A stretch of 64,000 nucleotides of DNA from positions 22,196,001 through 22,260,000 of the forward strand of contig OX597819.1 of NCBI GenBank assembly GCA_951406725.2. Reading direction: 5' to 3'. Below, one piece after another: positions 54,799-64,000 of the stretch. The stretch comes from Octopus vulgaris (taxonomy: Eukaryota). The notes beneath the pieces were generated by a model, which made no database searches, was not told where the DNA came from, and saw only the letters and a list, made by a program, of their open reading frames with translations. The position numbers were made by a program, and so were the translations under genes. The first letter of the stretch is position 1, and each line of letters starts with the position of its first letter.

Positions 54799-55448
54799 GG
54801 CACTACTGAAAAAGTGTGGATCCGAGTTCTGAGAGTGTGCATGTCACAAATTTGCGCATGTGAGCGCGTTAGTCGTAAGTAGTCGATTTTAGCACGCACG
54901 TAAACAACAAGACGCGCGCTACTCCTTGCGTAAATGGAGGGTGGGTTATCCATCTAATACAAGAAGAAAATTGCAGATAAATTGAAGAAAAACATGAAAA
55001 AAAACAAAATGATATTTCATTGAAAAGTAAACTATTCTGAAAGATAGTTCAGAATGTTTTCAAAACATGCATCTCCAGCTTTTCCCATATTTTATTAAGA
55101 GCTTGGGGTTAGGGATTAGGGTTAGGGTTTAGTGTTAGGTTGAGGGTTAGGGGAGATGAATTTTTTTTTTTTAGTATTCAATGATTATTTTTCACTTTTA
55201 TATTCAATTTATCTGCAAGTTTCTTTTTGTATTTCATGGGTAACTCCGTTCCATTTACAATAAGTAGCGCATGTCCGTGTATCTCGTTGTTTACCTCTGT
55301 GTTAAAATCAACTAGTAGCGCGCATCCACGAGTCTCGTCATTTGCCTGGTGAGCTAAAATCGACTACTTACAAATAAACGCGCGCGCACGCGCAAATTTG
55401 TGACATGCGCACTCTCAGAACTCAGGTCCACACTTCTCCTGTAGTACC
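54799..55448. mobile_element. Merlin-like MITE with long TIRs and internal TTAGGG-like repeats
   Basis: GG(c/t)actac termini, 8-bp TSD caaaattt on both sides, ~200-bp imperfect TIRs. Confidence 0.75.
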
Positions 55449-55531
55449 CAAAATTTTTACAAACAAGGTGAAGTTTTCTAATTTGGGTTTCAAAACAAAC
55501 AAATGTTCAATAATAATAACTTTTATTATTA

Positions 55532-56960
55532 TGAGGATCGACTGGAAAATTAACAGGCTGACCAATATATTCTCATGGAATGTGACCAAATGAAGTTCAT
55601 TTTTAAATATTAGGATCTTTTCTGCTTGATTTCACCTTCAGAAATTTTAAAATTAAGCAAAAATTTTCAAATTTGATACATTGGTGTAATTTTTCACGTT
55701 GAATCTGATGCTATTCACTTATTCCCGAAAAAACTTTAGAAAACTGTGACAGAGGTTTAAAGTTTGATCATTTTCCCCTCAATCAGAGAACAGGATGTGG
55801 AAGCTGGCATTTTGTACAAGGCGACAACATTATAATGTTAAAACATTCAACGACGGAAGTTTTAATAAAGTTTTGTGAAATGTTGGATAAACATACTGTT
55901 GGTTTAGTTCATGTGAACAATACGCATTTTTGAAATTGGAACAAAACTGAGGCAATTGAAAAGTGAAAATCAAACAGAAAAGATCATCAACATACTTCTT
56001 TCACCGATTCATAGCTTCGATTGTCTTGGAAAAGAAGCCATCCTGTTAGTTAAACCAGTTTTCAACAGCTGATAAGACATCATCACTATGATATTGGTTC
56101 CTAACCGATTTTTTTTTATGTGTAGGGGATATAGATAATAAGATGAGGTCAAATCACTAAAGTAGGGAGGGTGGCTTAGCAGTTCAAAGCCAATCACACA
56201 CAGCAGCCATTGAAACCAATTACTTGTGCACTGGAGTAGTTGTTTCGATGAAATAAAAACATACTCGACAGTTTTCCTTGCGTTTGGCCTTGATAGCCTT
56301 TCGCAACTGCCTTAGAAAGGTGACACAGTACAGCACTCTCCATTGATGGTGAGAGCCTTTTGAAAGTAGTCAATAAACACGATGCTTTTTGCAATCCAAA
56401 ATACTGAGGCCATCACCTTCCCTGCAGATTAAACGATCTTGATGACCTTCTTTAGAGTAAGTATTGAGGAGTTAGATTATCTCTTATTCCCTAACTCAAA
56501 ATGATGAACCCAACACATTTAAGGAAACTGGATTTGCCTCAAGCAATGTCAGATATTCTTGAAATGTCATCAGCCTGGTGCCATTTTAATCAGGAGTCAG
56601 AAGAGGCAACACCCACCAAGCAGAAACTTTCATCATGCCAAATTTATTGTGTAGAATATTCTCAGCTCTCACATGTGATATGCTAATAACATTGGCAATT
56701 TATTTTTTTTCTCTGATCATTAGTCTCCTCAAAATTATCTCTGCTCAAATCAGTTAATCACTTTTGCACTGTTGATAAAACTGGTGCATCATCCTCCGAT
56801 ATATCAACATGCCCTTGAGGACTGAATCCTTTTTCTACAGGCACTTGATAACAGCATGATGCCAAATTTTGTTAATCTTCAAGAGAAGTCACTAATAGTT
56901 ACTTTTGAAGTTTTCTCTGAACATTCAAATGTCAGCTTACTAAGAAAGAAATAATGAAGC
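55532..56960 (-). mobile_element. decayed mariner element with an internal insertion (~55610-56000)
   Basis: GFELLSHPPYFSDL; SAGKVMASVFWI; TIR-like end at ~55532-55565. Confidence 0.7.
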
Positions 56961-57039
56961 TATAAGAAGTGTTAAAATAAAAGTAAGCCGAGTTTTTGCA
57001 TCACTCCATAATTCACACGTATATATATAGAAAACTGTA

Positions 57040-59670
57040 TCAACATATTCCAAAAGTTTTCCTACGCTCACACGTTTTGTTAATGAAACGTTTCACGAGG
57101 ATGTGCAAACTGCTTTCATCGTATATTTTTTTAGGTACATGCATTATGGCACAATGTGTAAGACGGTGCTGTGACATTGTGGTACGGAGCCAGGTCTTCA
57201 AACGGCGAAGTGCGCTGAATGTTCTTTCACTTGATACAACAGATATAGGTGAAGACAGGACAAGCTGCATTAACACCAACACTTGTGGCACACTAGAACG
57301 AAAAATAGCATCGGACGCTCTCCATTTTTCAACTATGTCAATAGATAATTTAAGCAAAGTTTCCCTTTCCGTCCATAGGCCAGCAAGAAGTTTGATTTAA
57401 AATTACAGTAAGAGCAAATCACAAGAAGCAGGTAGATGTGCATTTTCAAAATCAAATACTCCAAAATTGACTGCTGACAACAGCAACTCCTCTCGCTCAG
57501 AGCATACACGCATTCCCTCTTGCTGAAACCGGTGAGACAATTCATTTTTGATGACATCCACTATAGAGAAAAATTGCCGACGCCAGTCATCGGTGACAGA
57601 AAGAGTAACTTCTTCAGTAGTTGTTGTCTGCCTAAAGCGCAGTGGTATGTTTTTGGATCGCGAAATGTTGGGCATTTTCACCAAGTCAGAAGAGGATACT
57701 TCATTGAAATATTTTTCAAAAACCTTCTCACTTCTCATTTTTGAAAGAGAGTTTTTCAACTTTTCAATCAAGTTCAAGCAATCACCGGCTGTCGTGCCTG
57801 GACGCTGTAAGCTAATTACCACTGGCTCACATACTCCAAATATATCCCCAGCGATTTTAATGCCGAACAAAGTGGAAGCTTTGCCAGATTGTTTTAGCAG
57901 CCCTTTAACAGTAGCCTTTGTTGTTGCTCTTAACGACGAGTCATTAAGAAGGTCAAGCAAAAAATTCTGAATATTCCTATAATTGTTTTCTGCTCGTTTC
58001 AGTGCTGTTGCTCTAATGCACCACCAAGTTGGACACACTGCTTGCAACATGATGACATTCTCACCACAAAGATTTGTCCATTGTGCTTCTTTTTTTTTTT
58101 TGGTGACTCTTTTACAAGAATGGCACATTGATGAACAAAGTTCAGTGCATCAGCTACAAAGGTAACCTTAGAACTAACTTCTTGGAGGACAAGGTCCAGA
58201 GAGTGGTTTCCACAGTGTACAAAATATGTACCTGGGAACGAATTTTTCAATCGCATTTGTTTCCACTCATGGTACTGAAATGTTTCCACTCATGGTACTT
58301 GCACCATCAAATGAAAAGCTGCATAACTTTGAGCCAAGTGAAATGTTTAGGCGACAAAAAACATTCAGAATAATCTTAGTCAGTGTCTCTGAAGAGCAGT
58401 CAGGGAGATTATAAAAACCTAGAAAATCCTCATTGACACTCAGGTCTTCAGAAACGTACCGGACAGTGATTGATACTTGTTCTATGCCAGAGTAAACCTG
58501 GAATTTTCTACTTTTATTTTGATCTCATGTAAAATGTTATGAGCATATGCCTCTAAAACTTCATTTTGAATTGTATCAGAGAGGAAATTGTCCCGGAAAT
58601 TAAACCACTGACTTACTTCTGCACTGCATTCTTCAGCAGGTTCCCTTACGCGATTTACAAAGTTTCCCATATCGTGGTCATACCCTTGTAATGCTAGGCC
58701 TTGCCTACCACAAAATCTAACTATGAAAATAATTTTTAAAGCTTGCCGGGTTACTTCTTGTTGCTGAATTACCTGCTTATTCAGAGTCAGAGATATATCT
58801 GTCTCCAACCAAAAAGTGTGGATAGCGTTTATATGGGGACCAGAACGGCTATGTGCAGCAATTTTTGCTGTAATTTTGCCCCAGTTTCTCACACCAGTCA
58901 AAAAGGCAGTTTCCTTGGGTAGATGGTATCCTGTTAGCCCGAACTCCTTCAAGACAATACCAGCAGATAACAACATCGTACTGAATATCATAATGAAGCC
59001 ATGGGTTCTCTTTAAACCAATCTGAGCGACATGAACGGTTTTTTTTGCATCCTTGGGAAATTCAAATGTTTCACTTGGCACGAATTGTTCAGTTGATGTG
59101 CAATATTTCGATGGGACATCGCGATTTACTGGAAGAACTTTATCAATAACTAGCAGTATCGCCCGGCGTTGCTCGGGTTTGTAAGGGAAATAACTATATA
59201 AGCATTTTTAGAGAGTTATAGCCAAAAAATAGCAAAAAAATGCATTAGAAATGGAAAAAAAATTATGGTAAATTTTTTTTTTAATCGTTGACTCATCGTA
59301 GACATTTTTAGAGAGTTACTTCCCTTATATAATAGCGAAAAAATGCATTAAAATGGAAAAATATGATGGTAAATTTTTTTAAATCGTAGACTCATTGTAG
59401 ACGCGCGCTAATAGCCAGAAGGGCTCGATATGAATCACGACTATAAGATACCCGGTTTTGGTTAAACTGCACCGCAAAATGTGGGAGTAGTTAGTAATCT
59501 AAATCGTAGGAGACAGACAGCACACAACCTCACTTTTATATACAAAAGATTTGTTGAGTTGCACCTCCACAATATCCGATGCTCCTGGATTCTTTGGATG
59601 TGACGAAGTAATGAAGAAATCAGAAATTTTCCTCACTTTTGCTTCTCGTGGATTCAACATAGTACACACA
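57040..59670 (-). mobile_element. hAT (ZMYM1-like) transposase pseudogene
   Basis: WFKKNPWLHYD zinc-finger region, GRQGLALQG.D, FVHCGNHSLDLVLQ, CPTWW, SERTFSALRRLKTWLRTTMSQHRL dimerisation motif; frameshifts. Confidence 0.88.
59150..59549 (-). mobile_element. non-autonomous Helitron inserted into the hAT ORF
   Basis: reverse complement of 9786-10182; A|TC...CTAG|T. Confidence 0.88.
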
Positions 59671-60430
59671 GCTGAAAATAAAAGAAAAATCGTCTAAAAC
59701 TGCAAGCAGATCAGCAATTTTATATTTGGAAAGCAAAGAAATGGAGAAAGAGGGCAACAGTCACTGAAGAGGTCTCAGGTGTGTGACGATAAATTTCCGG
59801 ACATGAAATATTGAGTTAAAACAGCAATAAACGAATGAAGAACTTTGCTTAATAGTTTTTGAATATTTTATTAAAGCTTACTCGTTATCAGATACTTCGT
59901 TATCAAATACAAAACTCGAATAATATTGCATTTAAAAACCTTAGAATTCGAAAGCAATTCGAAGTAGCGTGATGCATATTTCTATATTTTTATTTATTTA
60001 GGTTAAGCGAGTAACACTACGTGCAACAATGTGAAGTATATTTTGGGTAGTATTTTGTGTTTTTGTGTATTATTTACTTTGTTTAAAAAATTATTTACTT
60101 TGTGTTTTTGTGTTTTATTTACTTTGTGTAAAAAGTTATTTATTTTGTGTTTTATTTACTTTGCTAGGTAGTCGTTGCAGGATCGACTAGCTAGTGCGAA
60201 TGCGCGTACCGGGACCACTCTTCTTAAATAGTACCTATATTTTGTAGGTTAAGATATGCTTTGTTTCGGAGATATACAAATTAGGCAAACGTAAGCAGTA
60301 AAAATACAAATTGCAAATATAAGATATTCCATGACAAAAAATAACAAAAAAAAAAATAAATAGAAAGAAGGAAAAATCCTGGTGCATGTATTCCAGAGGT
60401 ACTAGGATATGAGGAAAAAAAGAATGAAAA

Positions 60431-60636
60431 GGAGTGGCTGTGTGGTAAATAGCTTGCAAACCAACCACATGGTTCCGGGTTCAGTCCCCACTGCGTGGCA
60501 TTTAGGCAAGTGTCTTCTGCTATTCCCGGGCTGACCAATGCCTTGTGAGTGGATTTGGTAGACGGAAACTGAAAGAATTTTCGTCGTATATATATATATA
60601 TATATGAAATGATGGTATATGTGTGTATAGTTTCAT

Positions 60637-60679
<43 letters not shown>

Positions 60680-60797
60680 TACAACCTAACATTGCTTGAC
60701 AACCGATGCTGGTGTTTACGTATGTCACCTAGCGGTTCGGCAAAAGAGACCGATAGAATAAGTACTGAGCTTACAAAGAATAAGTCCCGGGGTCGAT
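60431..60797 (+). mobile_element. family-B SINE flanked by 52-bp direct repeats
   Basis: repeats at 60380-60431 and 60800-60851. Confidence 0.85.
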
Positions 60798-61270
60798 CTT
60801 GGTGCATGTATTCCAGAGGTACTAGGATATGAGGAAAAAAAGAATGAAAAGTGAAATGATAAGGTAAACAGCTGATTGAAAAAAAACGTCTTGGCTGACC
60901 GAATTTAAGGAGTGTTAAAAATATTGGATAGTTATGTGGCACCAAAAATTGAAGGGAGAGGTAGATGAACAGAGGAGTAGAGAAAATTGGGGAAGAAAGA
61001 ACAATTAGGAAGAAAGAGGGAATGTGGAGACAAGGAAATAAAGGTAGACAGGATGTAGTTGACAGTGATTAATAAGAGGAAGAAATGAAGATGAGTAAAG
61101 AGAGAAAAGAAGCAGATATGTGAAGGGAAAGACAAGTAGAAATAGATAGGGAATGCTTTGCAAACTAGAGGGGAAAGAAGCCGAGAGGAGCAGGACAGAA
61201 AATGAAGACAATATCGGCCAAATGTTGACCGCTGAGTATGAACACATATTATATGTATACTAGCAGTATC

Positions 61271-61470
61271 GGGGACAAACACGGACAGACATAGGTATTA
61301 AGTCGATTATATTGACCCCAGTGCGTAACTGGTACTTAATTTATCGACCCCGAAAGGATGAAAGGCAAAGTCGACCTCGGTGGAGTTTGAACTCTGAACG
61401 TACCGGCAGACGAAATACGGCTACGCATTTCGCCCGGCGTGCTAACGATTCTGCCAGCTCACCACCGCCT
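61271..61470 (-). mobile_element. family-A SINE flanked by 58-bp direct repeats
   Basis: repeats at 61200-61257 and 61473-61530. Confidence 0.85.
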
Positions 61471-62779
61471 ATAAATGAAGACAATATCGGCCAAATGTTG
61501 ACCGCTGAGTATGAACACATATTATATGTAAATACATACACAGGCATAAAGAGTGAGATAGGGAAAGAAGGCAAAAAATCTCACTTAAAAATTCTAAAAT
61601 ATAAATCCCTATGTAAGGGAAGTAACAACTAAGATTTGTGAAAATACCAAGACTTCTTTTCAAATTACCTCCCTTACAAACAAGAAACACAACTCTTGCC
61701 ATGACTTTGATATGGCAAGTGTTTTAAATATAGTTTCCCTTCGAAAACGATGGATATGATTATAAACATCTTTATACCTAATTAAATGGGTTAAGAACTT
61801 GCCCGTCTCTCATGGATACATTCAATCGTTTCCTTTCTAGACAACACAACGCAATAGTATGGGTTGTTTTCCCTTTTTTCCAATCGATGTCAATATGAAG
61901 CAGATAACATCGTTTCGAGATATTTCCGTCGGGGCGACCACATAGCCACACTTTTCTCCAATTCTGGAGAACTGGGGATGAATAGCACGAGGGTGGCACA
62001 CGCTTGATTGAAGAGGAAGCGTTTGTCAGTTGAAGGAGTGATGTACGCAAATTGACGGGTCGTGCACTTCGCAGATGATGGAGTAGTCCCAGATATGCGT
62101 AGGGTCAGGGCACCGATGATATCTATGGAACTGCTATGAGCGACACTCATTGTTATGTTGACCAGTTTAGGTTCACGCTAGTCCAGGCCCTGTTTCGATA
62201 GGAGACTTTTCCTAGAGAGGCACGACTGGCATTTAGTGTTTGCCATAGCGTTGTAACGGATAGCTTGGGTCGGTCGTGAAAGGGAACTGGCGAAACCCGA
62301 CGCCCGTGTCGGCATGAATAGAGGCAGTGACGAAGGGATGGATGTTAGACCCTTGCCTGATGCAGTTTATCCCCCATCCAGCAATTGTCCTGTTCGTCGC
62401 TCTGCCAGACTCGCAAAGACTGACACAAAAGCCGTCACATTGTCCCTTGATCGTCACACCATCAATATTGATTAATTGTCTCTCACACTAATTATCACAT
62501 TCTCATTAACCATTTAATACATATTATCACTCTTCATTGCTTCCCTCAAAAGACTTGGGGAGGGAATAGAGGATTACAACTAAACATACATATATTATCA
62601 TTTATTACATTACATTCAATTAGCCATACATTATTCGTTTCATTATTCACATATTTTCCTTCACGTTTCAGGTATACTAAGGACTTTTTTCATTGCTTCA
62701 ATCTGGGTGCATAAAGTGTTTGTGAAAGCAAACAGTTTTCACACTCATTTACTGACGAGCTTCTTCTTATAGTTAAATC

Positions 62780-63843
62780 ACTACTAGAACTAGAGTACAA
62801 ATTTCTCTTATGGAAGCAATGTCTAGAATCGAGAGGCCATAGAGTTAACCTATGCAAAATCAAAGTCTTAGTAAGTAGGAAAGCAGACAAATGGTAAAGC
62901 CCTTCAGGAAGATGGCCCTGCTCAATCTGAAGGAAACGGCTAGGTAGATGTACTCAGTGTAACACGTAATAGGTGTTGAAATATCAGAGGAAGATAAACT
63001 GGGAAAATACATTTTGTATGAAATAAACACTAAAAATGTACAGAAAATGGACTTCATGAAATGCCAGAGGAGTACAATAGAGATCATTGAGTAACAAAGT
63101 CAGTAGCAGAGGTAGATGAACCAAGAGTGTGGCTGCAAGAATAAAAATAGGCTGAGCAAATTCAGAGAGCTCCTTCCTCTGTTTGGTAACTAAGGGTCTC
63201 TCCTTCAGAGTGAAAGGCAGATTTATGATGCCTCTGCAGACAGCTATGCTACATGGCAGTTAAACATGGGCTGTGACTGCAGAGAACATGTATAGGCTTG
63301 GAGGAAATTAAGCTAGCATGCTTCACTGGATCTGCAATGTTAGTGTGCATGTACAACAAAATCTAAATGTTTTGAGAGAAAAGTTAGACATAAGGATCAT
63401 CAGGTATAGTGTGCAAGAGAGACAACTGAGCTGATATGGTCATGTGATACATGTAGATGAGGACAGCTGTCTGAAGAAGTGCTGATCTCTAGCATTTGAG
63501 AGAAGCTGTGGAAGAAGTAGACTTAAGAAGGCATTGGACAAGCTGGTAATGCATGATCTTTGACTGTTGAAACTTATGGAGGCAATGACTAATGACCGAC
63601 ACCTTTGGTGACATGTCATGCTTGCGAAGACAATATATTGTAATTAATTTCTCATCAATTAATTTTTTTACAACCCCTGCCCACAACACTCATAGAATGC
63701 TTGACATTAGGAAGGGCATCCATCCGTAGAAACAATGCCAAATCAAACTAGAGTCTGCTACAGTCCCTCAGCTTACCAGCCCTGATGAAACTGTCCAAGC
63801 CATGCCAGCATGGATAATGGACATTATATGATGATGATGATGA
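62780..63843 (+). mobile_element. older RTE-clade LINE 3' part with (ATG)n tail
   Basis: decayed homolog of 20372..21544 (LESRGHRVNLCKIKVLVSRK, TAMLHGS.TWAVTAE); same 3' UTR end. Confidence 0.85.
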
Positions 63844-64000
63844 CAACAATTCTTTTTGTAAAACTTTTGCATTTTATGCTGAACATCTTCTAGTTTAAAG
63901 TTAATTTTATGCATTGAATTTTCATTTCCAGTGAAATCAATTTTAATATTTCAAATTCAAAAATATTGAACAAAATAAATTGAAAAACTGAAGCAAGTAC

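Noticed and set aside
57040-59081. Domesticated ZMYM1-like host gene
   Set aside because: Multiple frameshifts and a Helitron insertion; no intron structure that repairs the frame
54745-60220. cagtggcccgggaac / gtaccgggaccactc as the hAT TIRs
   Set aside because: Only partial complementarity and no 8-bp TSD; left unassigned

Overview
Eukaryotic, very AT-rich, microsatellite-dense genomic DNA. The SINE types, (TA)n/(AAT)n/(GATA)n density and LINE mix look like an octopus (cephalopod) genome; this is an inference, not a database result. Most ORF-track entries are microsatellite noise or decayed transposon fragments: CR1/L2-like, R4/Dong-like, Tx1/L1, RTE, Penelope-like, Gypsy, Tc1/mariner, hAT, a Merlin-like MITE, Helitron and tRNA-SINEs. 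Two things stand out. (1) A tandem pair of paralogous, intron-rich minus-strand genes encodes small secreted Cys-rich proteins. Gene B is complete here (5 exons, 117 aa, two VWC/FN1-like modules). Gene A runs off the left edge. Their coding exons look at least as diverged as their introns. (2) About ten minimal hammerhead-ribozyme motifs lie in short Penelope-like/retrozyme-like elements inserted in microsatellites. They include a G3:C8 compensatory core variant and an element whose inverted segment reads across a monomer junction. Everything was read by eye; repeat boundaries are approximate.
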